A stretch of DNA of 63,841 nucleotides, counting the filler, from Octopus bimaculoides (Eukaryota), in NCBI RefSeq assembly GCF_001194135.2. It is 5 parts of 4 records of this genome, joined end to end, with 100 filler letters (N's around TTAATTAATTAA, not from the genome) between each part and the next. Parts side by side here need not be neighbours in the genome. Positions count along the whole stretch, not along the records: positions 9,263 to 40,086 come from NC_068984.1; positions 40,187 to 58,046 come from NC_069006.1; 3 more parts are not named here. The stretch is one strand, 5' to 3'. Positions 37,946-49,938 of this stretch are shown one piece after another. Numbering within the stretch: the stretch's first letter is position 1; every line of letters begins with the position of its first letter. The notes under the pieces are model-generated. The model was not told where the DNA came from and searched no databases. It was given only the letters and a program-made list of their open reading frames with translations. A program made the position numbers and the translations under genes.

Positions 37946-38976
37946 ATCTATATATATATATATATCCATATACTGTATATATACCTATATATCGGGAGAT
38001 ATAGAGGAATTTCGCGATTGAAGCAAGTACGTGTATATATAGACTATCACTACTATATTCACGTGTTACATACATACATACAAACATACATGTACATACA
38101 CACACACACATATATGTATATATACATATACATATACATACGTGCGTAGAGGTGTGTATCTATATAAGTCTATGTCCGTTTTCTAAGAGCCTATATATCT
38201 AATCACAGACATATAGGTGCAAGAACACACATGCATAAATATACACACACATATCCACACACACACACATGCACATGCACATATATACAGACAGATGCCC
38301 ACACACACTTATATGCAAATACGTATGTAAATTAAAATGTTTGTTGCACGGAAGGAATTTTAAAAAATAACCTGCAGATAGATAAAAATGGTCGTCGCTT
38401 TTGTTAGTGCACAATGAAAATATTCACGAAACACTCCAACAATACTGAACAATTAAGATTAACTTGATGTTAATTTCTTTACAAGTCCAGCTTTTCAAAA
38501 CATCCTTTCAGTCGGTCATTATCTGGAGATCTTTCACCCTGAACTAGACATTCTAGATCTTCTTAAACACGCACGCATGACCTCTAGGTGGAAAATGTCA
38601 GTACAGTCTTTTTACTAGTCTGATTAGAAAGCCACCATTGTCTGCGGACAGCTGCATTTGTTGCAGCAATTAATTATAACCAGAGGGTAGATTCTATCGA
38701 GGATTTCTTTCCAAATTTATTTTTGTTGATTTATTTTTTTCTCTTTGGTTAGAAATGTAAACTGAGATAATTACCGCGATATATAAAACGGAAAACGTGA
38801 ATGCCTCTTTCCTGGTGAAGGTGCAACTTTAAGTTTAAAATCTAATAACTACATACTTGTTAATAAAATTAAACACATACGGTCTTGCTCTCAAAGTAAA
38901 TACGTGCAGCCTCATACACACACACACTCACACACACACACACACGCACACACACGCACACACATTCAAAATATAA

Positions 38977-39012
<36 letters not shown>

Positions 39013-39089
39013 ATAATGTATGTAATTACCCTCCACATACACACACGCACAGAGATATATATTTACTCTTAGGTCCTCCAATTTTGCCA

Positions 39090-39400
39090 GTACTACAGAT
39101 AACGAGCCTTCTCCAAATATCCCGATTATTCAGTTTCCTCTTAGCTCCACTAGGGGCCAACTCACACATCACTATCATGTTAACCCGAAACGCACTGCGC
39201 CACGTCTTTCTTGGTCTCTCGTTCAGCTTTGTCTCTCTTTCCGGCGTCCACTCCCTTACGATGATGTCTCTCCTGCTGTAGTCGAAGCACTTGACCAGTA
39301 AACCGTATCCGCTGCTTAGTCACTTTACGCTGCAAACTTCCTATGACTGCATTTCTCATCACCTCTTCGTTTCCAATGCAAATAGCAATATTAAAGGTAA
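39090..39400 (-). mobile_element. RTE-like LINE 3' fragment
   Basis: IGNEEVMRNAVIGSLQRKVTKQRIRFTGQVLRLQQER and frameshifted RGRPRKTWR. Confidence 0.65.
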
Positions 39401-39739
39401 AAATCAAAAACACACAACGGGAACCACATATATATCTTTTGCCGAGCGACTCTGTCTCACAGAAAACATTACAGTGTCTTTTCTTTCTTATTATATCTAA
39501 TGTGAAAGAGAACTTGAGAAGAAATGTTGAAGTTAAGCCCATTCTCATCAGTTGCTTAGCATTGTGCAGTGTCACGCATCTCCTACTAATAACACTGGAA
39601 AATTTCCTAGGTATCTCTTTTGCATTAGAAGCATGTAGTTAAAACCCGGTTGAAATACTATATGTAGTGGTACTTAGATAGATAGATTTCGGTCAGTAGT
39701 TGCCCTGGCCATGACTAACTTAATAGTGCCATCTGGAAA

Positions 39740-40086
39740 AAGGCATAATTATATTCCACGTTACTGACATACTTTGGACACCATAGCCCATTCAAGTAAT
39801 GAGTTATTGTTTTCAGAGATATATGCGCAAGTAAGTGGTTTATCTGGAACTGTTTGAATGCTATGGGATCTTTTTCTCCCCTTATTCCTCTTAACATGAT
39901 GTTAAACAAATCAGGGCCGGTTGTGGGTAAAATACCTCTGTCTTAAGATTGTGATGTGATGCAAGCCTGGTTGTTGTAGAGGATGGATGACACGTGGACT
40001 AAACTTTGAGGAAATATTAAAGTTGACATCAGCATCATTTGGACAATGCTGTTAGAATATTTTCCATATCTTACAAATCATTCAGC
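39740..40086 (-). mobile_element. CR1-like LINE 3' fragment
   Basis: Reverse-complement similarity to 43150-43400 and to 33000-33250 (ICKIW..CPND..TTGPDLFNIM). Confidence 0.55.
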
Positions 40087-40186
40087 NNNNNNNNNNNNNN
40101 NNNNNNNNNNNNNNNNNNNNNNNNNNNNNNTTAATTAATTAANNNNNNNNNNNNNNNNNNNNNNNNNNNNNNNNNNNNNNNNNNNN
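40087..40186. other. Artificial scaffold-join spacer
   Basis: 44 N + TTAATTAATTAA (40131-40142) + 44 N. Confidence 0.95.
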
Positions 40187-40428
40187 GAACCCTGCTGTAC
40201 TCTTTCACCGCAACTTTCTCTCACTCTTACTTCCTGTTTCTGTTGTGCCTGTAATTCAAAGGGTCAGCCTTGTCACACTGTGTCATGCTGAATATCCCCG
40301 AGAACTACGTTAAGGGTACACATGTCTGTGGAGTGCTCAGCCACTTGCACGTTAATTTCACGAGCAGGCTGTTCCATTGATCGGATCAACTGGAACCCTC
40401 GTCGTCGTAACTGACGGAGTGCCAACTA
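40187..40428 (+). mobile_element. SINE 3' part (same family as 43876-44261), truncated by the segment edge
   Basis: Near-identical to 44020-44260. Confidence 0.85.
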
Positions 40429-40439
40429 ATGTGGATCAA

Positions 40440-40700
40440 AACTTCCAGGCCATAACCTCACCAGTTGATCTCCTTCGACTTCTCTGCCTTTATTACATCC
40501 ATTTCCTCCTCGCAGTTGTAGATGATGGCTGCCACCAACCATGCTTCATCTATCTCTGGAGGCACTCTCCCTATCCTAACTTTTGTGGCACGTTTCTCAC
40601 AGTAGGTCGGTAAGAGTGCCCACTTTGTTGATCTCAAAGGCCTCATGGAGTGCCTTTTTGCCTCCTCTTCACTAACGATTTTATTTATTAGCTTCCATGG
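40440..40700 (-). mobile_element. Probable decayed LINE ORF1 (RRM-like) fragment
   Basis: SEEEAKRHSMRPLRSTKWALLPTYCEKRATKVRIGRVPPEIDEAWLVAAI with an internal stop and no splice support. The family call is a resemblance only. Confidence 0.3.
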
Positions 40701-41221
40701 CGCAGCTAAAGCAAGATGTTCTCTGTCTGTCTCCTTAACTTCTTGGAGATTTTATGTATAATTATACTAATGTGTCCATCTGTTCTAATTTAATTAAATT
40801 CTATGTCTTTGTGCAGCTAAGGATTGCTCTGCATTTTTAAATTGATGTAATGCTTGCATCGTTCAATTAAATGGAGTTGCATGAAACGATCATACTGCAT
40901 TACCTCTGGAATTCCTTGTTGCTTATTTTGATTTTAATCACTTTACTTTGGAATTGTATGGATAATACCATACTAAATTCTGATGCCTCAACTTAAGAAC
41001 CATATTCACCTGAATCTAAATTTTTGCTGAACTTATCTACTATATACATATATATATATATATATATAAGCAATAATGAAACATTGACGCAGCTTGCGGA
41101 TAGAACTGAATGTTACATATTATTTATATACATGCTTTTGTACTACAGCAAAAACAAGAACAACAATGAGAAAGAAAGAAATAAAAGTGAACACAGAATT
41201 CAAGAAGGTGAAAATACTTAC

Positions 41222-41488
41222 CTTGGATATATTAAAGGGTTGATTAATAATTCTTTTATTTATTTCCACCTCACTGATGCTTATGAATATTGGAACATTT
41301 GGAATATTGATAAANNNNNNNNNNNNNNNNNNNNNNNNNNNNNNNNNNNNNNNNNNNNNNNNNNNNNNNNNNNNNNNNNNNNNNNNNNNNNNNNNNNNNN
41401 NNNNNNNNNNNNNNNNNNNNNNNNNNNNNNNNNNNNNNNNNNNNNNNNNGTTTGAATCGATAGGTTAGTTCTATTTTCCATGTAGAAT
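41222..41488 (-). CDS. Candidate coding exon of an unidentified minus-strand gene; spans a sequence gap
   Basis: Strong acceptor TTATTTTCGTCTTTCTTCTTTAG and GTAAGT donor. Phase-1 start (D)STWKIELTYRFK..gap..FINIPNVPIFISISEVEINKRIINQPFNISK, phase-0 end. This is the only open frame on the donor side. Confidence 0.5.
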
Positions 41489-42199
41489 CTAAAGAAGAAA
41501 GACGAAAATAATTGAAGGAAAAAATAACAATAACAAACGTGATGTAGTGGCTGTAATTCATTGACAAAAATATGTCCAGCAATCAAAAGGTAAAAATGGT
41601 GAATTACATGACATTTTGAGATTTGAGTTATTTCTCAACAGTAAATGACTGGTTTTGTTAACATTAACCTTTGATCTTTTATCTTGTCTCAATCACTAGA
41701 CTGTGGCCATGCTGGGGCACCACCTTGAAGAATTTTTAGTTGAATGAGTTAACCCCAGTACTTATTTTGTTTTTTAAAGTGTCTTTTAAGTTACAGGGAT
41801 GTAAACACACCAACACCAGATTGCAAGCAGTGATGGAAGACAAACACATATGACAATCTTCATTCAGTTTCCATCAGGCAGATCCACTCACAAGACACTG
41901 GCCCAAGGTGCCACTCACTGGGTTTGAAAGCTTCTTGTCATACAGCCACACCTGCATCTAGCCATTCCTTTTGTTACCATATTTCTGTTGAAATCTGATT
42001 TGTTTCAATTAATTTTGAGAATAATGAAGAACTTAGTAAATAATTTAGCTCTTATTAATCTGGTGTTTGGAATATAAATTAACATGGAATTTCGATGAAA
42101 GGTTTTCATTAAGGTAACTTCAACCCTTTTCAGACCAACTCACCTGAGACCATGTCTGGTTCTACGACACAAACTTACTGCTTTCATCTTCATAAACTG

Positions 42200-42700
42200 G
42201 TCGAGATTGCTCGGAGACTTTTAACCTGTACTTGCCATCCCCCTCAGTCCTGCATTAGTTGAGAGAGGTCTTCAGGGAGGCATCCAGTGTCTCTGATGAG
42301 TCGATTTACATAGGTTGTGTTTGGATGACCAGCTTGAGTACAGCCATGCTTTCATGTCCATAGCAGTAGGTCACTTGCCACCTCTTCTATAGCTCTCCAG
42401 CAATGTCCTTCAAAGTGTGTCTTTCCTTTATAATATTGGAAGCAAGCAGCAGATCTCCATTCAGCTGTTTCTTGGTCAGATGAGCCCTCCAAGATATGTT
42501 TAAGACTGCTCTTAACATTTAGGTGTAAGTTCCATCTTGCCTGGATTCCAGTGTTTTGGCAAGTGTCCAGGCTGTTGCTCCATTTAAAAGAACTGACACT
42601 ACCATTGTATGGAAACAAATCCCTCTTAAGCTTGTCTATCAGGACTGATTTCCAACATCCAGGTTGTTTAGGGCCAACCATTCTTTGGCTGTCCAAGTTT
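42200..42700 (-). mobile_element. RTE-clade LINE 3' fragment
   Basis: FEGHCWR..EVASDLLLWT*KHG..AGHPNTTYVNRLIRDTG, typical of RTE C-termini. Confidence 0.65.
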
Positions 42701-43094
42701 TTACATCCTTGTCAGGTGACTCGCATTATCTTACTGTTTTAAAATGATCCAAACTATAATCTTCCATCAAAATTTTGTATTAATTTGTTCAAGACACCAG
42801 TTTTATAATGAGAATATTTTTTCATTAATTTCTTCATTATTTTTAAAATCAATTGAGACAAAGTCAATATATCCTTAACAGAATTACAATAAGAAAAGAG
42901 TTAAAAGCAACAAATTTGTGTGTTAGATCCAGGGGATATCTGGCAGGTTGATATCAAAATGGTTAAGAAAGAAATGAATGGAAGTTGTAATATTTGTAAT
43001 TATGTTATGTTTAATGGGTTGAATAATTAATTAAAGAAAGAATTATCATTAACAACGTTTCTTAATGACATTAAAACATTTTCAGTATATATAA

Positions 43095-43490
43095 GGTGTT
43101 GATTATTTGGATTGTCTTAAGCCCAAACTTTATTCCCTCCAATGCCACCATGAGAGCTGTATCATTTGTATGGTGTGGAAAATATCCCAACAGCATTGCC
43201 CAAATAATGTTGGCATCAGATTTAAAATTCACCCTTTACTTGGTCCCCATACCATCTGTCTTCTACAAAAATCATGCTTCTGTCCCATCACAACACTAAG
43301 ACAGAACTAAGTCACCTCAACTGGCCCTGCTCTCTTTAACAACATGCTAAGACAGATTAGAGAAGAAAAAGATCTCATAAGTTCCAAATGATTCCTGGAT
43401 GAAAATCCCCAACAAATTCCAAATAAACCACCTACACCAAGATATATTTCTACAAACAGCATCTCTTTACTCGAATGGCCTATGGTGTCC
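43095..43490 (+). mobile_element. CR1-like LINE 3' fragment
   Basis: LKPKLYSLQCHHESCIICMVWKISQQHCPNNVGIRFKIHPLLG..KPPTP..SLLEW. Confidence 0.7.
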
Positions 43491-43600
43491 AAAAAATGAC
43501 TGTAATATGAGACATCATTGAATGTCTTTTCTAGATGTTGCTATTAAGTTAGTCATGGCTTGGGCCAATTCTGGCCAAAACTTATCAAAGTGTCGAAGTA

Positions 43601-45268
43601 TTGAGTTGGCTCATAAATAAAGTGTTTTTTTCAATTGCATGAACTAAAAGTTGGAGGTGGGCAGGATAATCTACCTGCATCAACTTGTAGTAATTTTACC
43701 TGATGCTTACTCTCAGTGCAAGTTATGAAGACTGCAGTTTGATTTTAACTGTTATTTTCCAAAGTTATAATGGAAGTAACAAAGAAGTATATTTGGCATA
43801 TATTGCTTTATGAGTTTAATAAAGGCAACAAGACAATGGAAAGTGCGAGGAATATTAAGGCAGTATATGGGGATCAGGTGGAGGTGCAATGGCCCAGTGA
43901 TTAGGGCAGCGAACTCGCGGTCATAGAATCACAGTTTCGATTCCCAGACCGGGCGTTGTGAGTGTTTATTTAGCGAAAACACCTTAAGCTCCACGAGGCT
44001 CCAGCAGGGAATCGTGGCGAACCCTGCTGTACTCTTTCACCACAACTTTCTCTCACTCTTACTTCCTGTTTCTGTTGTGCCTGTAATTCAAAGGGTCAGC
44101 TTTCTCACACTGTGTCACGCTGAATATCGCCTAGAATTACGTTAAGGGTACACGTGTCTGTGGAGTGCTCAGCCACTTGCACGTTAATTTCACGAGCAGG
44201 CTGTTCCGTTGATCGGATCAACTGGAACCCTCGATGTCGTAAGCGACGGAGTGCCAACAACATATGGGGATCGGACAATAAGCATAAGCCAGTGTCAACA
44301 GTGCTTCCAGAAATTCCAAGCCGGAAACTACAGCCTAGATGACGAGCTTCATCCTGGAAGATCTATAGAGTTCGATGAGGATATCCTGCAAGTTCTGGTG
44401 GAACAAAATCTGTTGAGGAACTATCTCAAGGAATCTGTAACTGTTGAGGAACTACCAGATAAGTTTGGATTTGGTCATTCAACCATTCATTGACACCTGT
44501 GTGCTGTCAGAAAAGTCAGCAAATTGAGTCAATGGGTTCCTCACAAACTTTCAGAGTCTAATCGCATGCAGAGAATGAATGTGTGCCCTTCTTTGCTCTC
44601 ATGTCGCACAAATGAACCATGTTTGGACAGAATAGTGATGGGTGACAGGAAATGGGTTCTTCATGAATGTGTCAAGTACAAAAGAAAGTGGGTAGGGAGG
44701 GCGAAACACCGGCACCTCAGGCTAAAGAAGGTCTTCATCTGTTTGGTGGGATATGAAAAGTTTAGTCCACTTTGAACTTTTAAACCCAAACCAAATGAAA
44801 ACAAAAGAGACGTACTGTGAGTAGCTTGAGCAGCCTAAGCCAGTGCTGGAAGGAAAACGACCATCTTTGCTTCCAAGATGAAAGGTGTTCTTCCATAAAG
44901 ATAATGCTCAGCCACATACAGCGAGCATAACATTCCAAAGGCTGGAGAAGTTTGAATGGAAAACGGTGTTCCACCCACCCTATTTGCTGGACATTGCCCC
45001 ATCTGATTATCATTTATTCTGAAGTCTTCAAAATCATTTGATGGAAAGAATATGAATTCTGTAGACGATGTCAGAACAGTACTGGAAGAGTATTTTTCAT
45101 CACAGACAAGTGAGATTTGGAAGAGGGGCCTTGCAAGTCTACCACTTGGATGGAAGAGCAATATAGAAAATGAAGAAGAGAATTTTGTAGGTTAAAAAGG
45201 AACTTTGTTTATTTTAATTGCGAAAAATAAAAAGTATTAAAAAATGCATTATATATGGGATGACCCAA
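43601..45268 (+). mobile_element. Near full-length decayed mariner (DD34D) transposon with a nested SINE
   Basis: TA-flanked TIRs (TTGAGTTGGCTCATAAATAA / TATATGGGATGACCCAA). Motifs SQWVPHKL, IVMGDRKW, HKDNAQP and LDIAPSDYHLF. About 1.27 kb after removing the SINE and one TSD copy. Same family as 30586-31473. Confidence 0.9.
43876..44261 (+). mobile_element. Full-length tRNA-derived SINE inserted in the mariner
   Basis: tRNA-like head (TGGCCCAGTGATTAG..GTTTCGATTCC), CAACAAC tail, 11-bp TSD ATATGGGGATC at 43865-43875 and 44262-44272. Confidence 0.9.
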
Positions 45269-45684
45269 TATGATGTAAAATTTGTTATATGTAAGTTCTG
45301 TATGCGAATCAAGAAATAATGAAATTGTCAAAAGATGACTGCAGGAATATCTCGTGGAAATTAAAACATGGTTGCCAGGTAGAATAAGAATAATCTCTTG
45401 GAGAGAAAACTGAGGGATGAAAATTATCTTTAATAAGATAATTTTCATTGAGAATCTGAAGAAACGTCTCTGGAGAGAGCTGAATTCCAGGGAGTTTATG
45501 AACCCACTAAAGCATTTTAGAATGTTTCATGATGCCTTTAAAGGAGCAAACCTTAAGCATTTCTTTTCATCTGTCTCTGCCTTTAACAAACTAATGTCAA
45601 AGATGATTGGCTGGGAAAATATTGGTAGACATTATAACAGAGTTTAGGAATCAAGCCAAAATAGCTCTGGTCAATATTACCAAA

Positions 45685-45686
<2 letters not shown>

Positions 45687-45721
<35 letters not shown>

Positions 45722-46950
45722 GTCGTCGTCGTTTAACGTCCGCTTTCCATGCTAGCATGGGTTGGACGATTTGACTGAGGACTGGTGAAACCAGATGGCT
45801 ACACCAGGCTCCAATCTGATTTGGCAGAGTTTCTACAGCNNNNNNNNNNNNNNNNNNNNNNNNNNNNNNNNNNNNNNNNNNNNNNNNNNNNNNNNNNNNN
45901 NNNNNNNNNNNNNNNNNNNNNNNNNNNNNNNNNNNNNNNNNNNNNNNNNNNNNNNNNNNNNNNNNNNNNNNNNNNNNNNNNNNNNNNNNNNNNNNNNNNN
46001 NNNNNNNNNNNNNNNNNNNNNNNNNNNNNNNNNNNNNNNNNNNNNNNNNNNNNNNNNNNNNNNNNNNNNNNNNNNNNNNNNNNNNNNNNNNNNNNNNNNN
46101 NNNNNNNNNNNNNNNNNNNNNNNNNNNNNNNNNNNNNNNNNNNNNNNNNNNNNNNNNNNNNNNNNNNNNNNNNNNNNNNNNNNNNNNNNNNNNNNNNNNN
46201 NNNNNNNNNNNNNNNNNNNNNNNNNNNNNNNNNNNNNNNNNNNNNNNNNNNNNNNNNNNNNNNNNNNNNNNNNNNNNNNNNNNNNNNNNNNNNNNNNNNN
46301 NNNNNNNNNNNNNNNNNNNNNNNNNNNNNNNNNNNNNNNNNNNNNNNNNNNNNNNNNNNNNNNNNNNNNNNNNNNNNNNNNNNNNNNNNNNNNNNNNNNN
46401 NNNNNNNNNNNNNNNNNNNNNNNNNNNNNNNNNNNNNNNNNNNNNNNNNNNNNNNNNNNNNNNNNNNNNNNNNNNNNNNNNNNNNNNNNNNNNNNNNNNN
46501 NNNNNNNNNNNNNNNNNNNNNNNNNNNNNNNNNNNNNNNNNNNNNNNNNNNNNNNNNNNNNNNNNNNNNNNNNNNNNNNNNNNNNNNNNNNNNNNNNNNN
46601 NNNNNNNNNNNNNNNNNNNNNNNCCTCCACTGCTAGGGTGTGGCACTTTTTCACACAGCTATCCTCATCCATTCTCGCTACATGACCATACCAGCGCAAT
46701 CGTCTTTCTTGCACACCACAACTGATGCTTCATAAGTTCAACTTTTCTCTCAAAGTATTAACACTCTGTCTAGTATGCACACTGACATTACACTTCCATC
46801 GGAGCATACTGGCTTCATTCCTTGCGAGCTTACGCATATCCTCAGCAGTCACAGCCCCATGTTTCACTGCCATGAAGCATGGCTGTTCGTACACATGCGT
46901 CATACAGTCTGCCTTTTACTCTGAGAGAGTATTATTTATTCACCACTGGC
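45687..46950 (-). mobile_element. RTE-clade LINE 3' end with (GAT)n tail; middle part in a gap
   Basis: MQERRLRWYGHVARMDEDSCVKKC. The 3' UTR matches 50985-51113 and 57088-57170. (CAT)n run at 45687-45720. Confidence 0.85.
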
Positions 46951-47342
46951 TGTGAGTTTTGAACATAAGCATTCCAAGTTCAAATTTGAGGAAGGTTAAC
47001 TGCATGGCACTTTGGGTAAGTGTCTTTTAGTATAGCCCCTGGCTGAGCCAAGCTTTGTGAGTGGATTTGATAGACTGCAACTGGAAGCAACCTGTCATAG
47101 GCATACACATATATATATGTGTGTATATGAATATATGAGTGTGTGTTTGTGTATGAATGTGTGTGTATGTGCGTGTATGAGTTAGCGTGTGTGTCTGAGT
47201 GTGTATGAGTTTGTGTGTGGGTGTGTGCTTGTGTGTATGTGTATGAGATTAAATGCTTCCAGCCATAGTAAATCTGCCTCAATGGTTTCTTCTGATCCAT
47301 GCTACACAGAAATGAGATAAGAAATTACATTTATCAACTTAC

Positions 47343-47442
47343 CATCTGTCAAGTAACATCCATGCAAAGGAGGCGTATAGACTAGATGGTTAAAAAACAT
47401 ACAGGAATATATTAGGGAAGCTTGCGTATCCTTCATTTTTAC
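47343..47442 (-). CDS. Candidate first coding exon of the same unidentified gene (MKDTQASLIYSCMFFNHLVYTPPLHGCYLTD)
   Basis: ~30-nt pure pyrimidine tract + TAG acceptor, G|GTAAGT donor, single open frame, AAAATG start context. The phase-1 end matches the phase-1 start of exon 41488. Confidence 0.5.
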
Positions 47443-47556
47443 CTAAAAGTAAAAGAAAAAAAGGGAAAGAGAGATAATTATGTCTCCAGGAAACACATGG
47501 GTTTTGAACAGGGGTCACTTTGTTCTGGATCCAGTAATTATACAGATGAGAAATAC

Positions 47557-47597
47557 CTAACTTATTCTTCCACTCAGCAATTTTATCTCTACTTCAA
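47557..47597 (-). other. Possible 5'-UTR exon of the candidate gene
   Basis: CATTTCAG acceptor and AG|GTATTT donor. Ends in an in-frame TAG upstream of the proposed ATG; 114-nt intron. Confidence 0.25.
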
Positions 47598-48219
47598 CTG
47601 AAATGTTCTTTCAAATATTGATAGCTTTATAAATAGTCATACAACACCATGTTTAGAGGAGCTCAGCTGTTCAAATACAAGGTGCATTGCAGAACTTTTG
47701 AGACTTTTTCAGGAGAGACATTTCTTAATTTTAAAGAAGTACAAAACTCTAATCTCCTTCAAAGCAGGGTCCTTGGACTTCAATGCGCTTCTTGTAGTGT
47801 TCCAGCTAATTAATGAAGGCCCCATGGAAGTGCTTTAAAGAGAAGATANNNNNNNNNNNNNNNNNNNNNNNNNNNNNNNNNNNNNNNNNNNNNNNNNNNN
47901 NNNNNNNNNNNNNNNNNNNNNNNNNNNNNNNNNNNNNNNNNNNNNNNNNNNNNNNNNNNNNNNNNNNNNNNNNNNNNNNNNNNNNNNNNNNNNNNNNNNN
48001 NNNNNNNNNNNNNNNNNNNNNNNNNNNNNNNNNNNNNNNNNNNNNNNNNNNNNNNNNNNNNNNNNNNNNNNNNNNNNNNNNNNNNNNNNNNNNNNNNNNN
48101 NNNNNNNNNNNNNNNNNNNNNNNNNNNNNNNNNNNNNNNNNNNNNNNNNNNNNNNNNNNNNNNNNNNNNNNNNNNNNNNNNNNNNNNNNNNNNNNNNNNN
48201 NNNNNNNNNNNNNNNNNNN

Positions 48220-48328
48220 GTTCAGTCCCATTGCGTGGCACCTTGGGCAAGTGTTTTCTACTATAGCCTCGGGCCAACCAAAGCCCTGTGAGTAGATTTG
48301 GTAGATGGAAACTGAAAGAAGCCCGTCG

Positions 48329-48375
<47 letters not shown>

Positions 48376-48590
48376 TTGTATGTCTGTGTTTGTCCCCCCA
48401 ACATTGCTTGACAACCAATGCTGGTGTGTTTAGGTCCCCGTAACTTAGCGGTTCGGCAAAAGAGACCGATAGAATAAGTACTAGGCTTACAAAGAATAAG
48501 TCCTAGGTTCGATTTGCTCGACTAAAGGCAGTGCTCCAGCATGGCCGCAGTCAAATGATTGAAACAAGTAAAAGAGTAAAAGAGAGAGTA
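48220..48590 (+). mobile_element. SINE with CORE-like segment and internal (TA)n(TG)n tract
   Basis: CACCTTGGGCAAGTGTTTTCTACTATAGCC..GGAAACTGAAAGAAGCCCGTCG, a microsatellite, then the 3' half shared with 9263-9435. Related copies at ~46990-47230, 55560-55770 and 59345-59600. Confidence 0.8.
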
Positions 48591-48914
48591 AGTGTATTTT
48601 AGATATAAATATTTAAAAAGTTAAAATTTTAAAAAATATAAGGCATATAAAAATATAAAATATACAGTGAGATATATAAATATATAAAAAGATAAAAATA
48701 TATAAAAATTATAAAAAAGGTTATTAATGAAAATTAAAATAAATAAAAATAAGGCTAAAAACAAAAATAAAGGCTTTTTATATTACACACGATAGAAATA
48801 AAAGAATAAAGGGCCTTGAATGTTATACGTTGTACTTAGGGGAGAGCAAGACCTGATGTTATTAATAATAACAACTGCTAAATAAAGGTTTAGTAAAAAA
48901 TAAACATAATTTTG

Positions 48915-49115
48915 GAGATGTACTTGCATAGCAGGTGACCTGATCTGAGATCGTGTGCTGGAACGAAAACAGTTGCAGCGTGGAAGGTGTTTATAAGCCA
49001 TTTAAAATAACACACAAAAACCGTTTGATTCACTTCAACATTTAAATTTAATTTGTCAAAATATTTTCGTCAGTTTGAGACTACGACCTGTTCACTGAAA
49101 AAATTCCGTGCTGCA
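48915..49115 (-). mobile_element. Family A element (non-palindromic copy) containing a hammerhead-like motif
   Basis: Strong similarity to 3306-3457, extending ~55 nt further. Confidence 0.75.
49052..49102 (-). ncRNA. Type I hammerhead-ribozyme-like variant (G3-C8 core)
   Basis: Minus strand: TTTTTCA-GTGAACA-GGTCGTAGTCTCAAACTGAC-GAAA-ATATTT-TGACAAA. Stem I pairs 6/7, stem II GTC/GAC + AG/CT, palindromic AAAATATTTT at stem III. Confidence 0.45.
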
Positions 49116-49938
49116 TCTGAGAAAGTAACAGTTAGTTCATGATATATATGTATGTATGTATGGGTGTATGTATGTATGCATGTATGTATGTATGTATGTG
49201 TGTGTACATGTGTGTGCGTATGCATCTGTGTACATGCGTGTGCATNNNNNNNNNNNNNNNNNNNNNNNNNNNNNNNNNNNNNNNNNNNNNNNNNNNNNNN
49301 NNNNNNNNNNNNNNNNNNNNNNNNNNNNNNNNNNNNNNNNNNNNNNNNNNNNNNNNNNNNNNNNNNNNNNNNNNNNNNNNNNNNNNNNNNNNNNNNNNNN
49401 NNNNNNNNNNNNNNNNNNNNNNNNNNNNNNNNNNNNNNNNNNNNNNNNNNNNNNNNNNNNNNNNNNNNNNNNNNNNNNNNNNNNNNNNNNNNNNNNNNNN
49501 NNNNNNNNNNNNNNNNNNNNNNNNNNNNNNNNNNNNNNNNNNNNNNNNNNNNNNNNNNNNNNNNNNNNNNNNNNNNNNNNNNNNNNNNNNNNNNNNNNNN
49601 NNNNNNNNNNNNNNNNNNNNNNNNNNNNNNNNNNNNNNNNNNNNNNNNNNNNNNNNNNNNNNNNNNNNNNNNNNNNNNNNNNNNNNNNNNNNNNNNNNNN
49701 NNNNNNNNNNNNNNNNNNNNNNNNNNNNNNNNNNNNNNNNNNNNNNNNNNNNNNNNNNNNNNNNNNNNNNNNNNNNNNNNNNNNNNNNNNNNNNNNNNNN
49801 NNNNNNNNNNNNNNNNNNNNNNNNNNNNNNNNNNNNNNNNNNNNNNNNNNNNNNNNNNNNNNNNNNNNNNNNNNNNNNNNNNNNNNNNNNNNNNNNNNNN
49901 NNNNNNNNNNNNNNNNNNNNNNNNNNNNNNNNNNNNNC

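Noticed and set aside
19041-38540. Scattered minus-strand micro-exon candidates (19041-19085, 19679-19731, ~31660-31765, 36939-36996, ~38470-38540)
   Set aside because: Phases do not chain consistently and no protein family is recognisable. Such sites arise often in AT-rich DNA.
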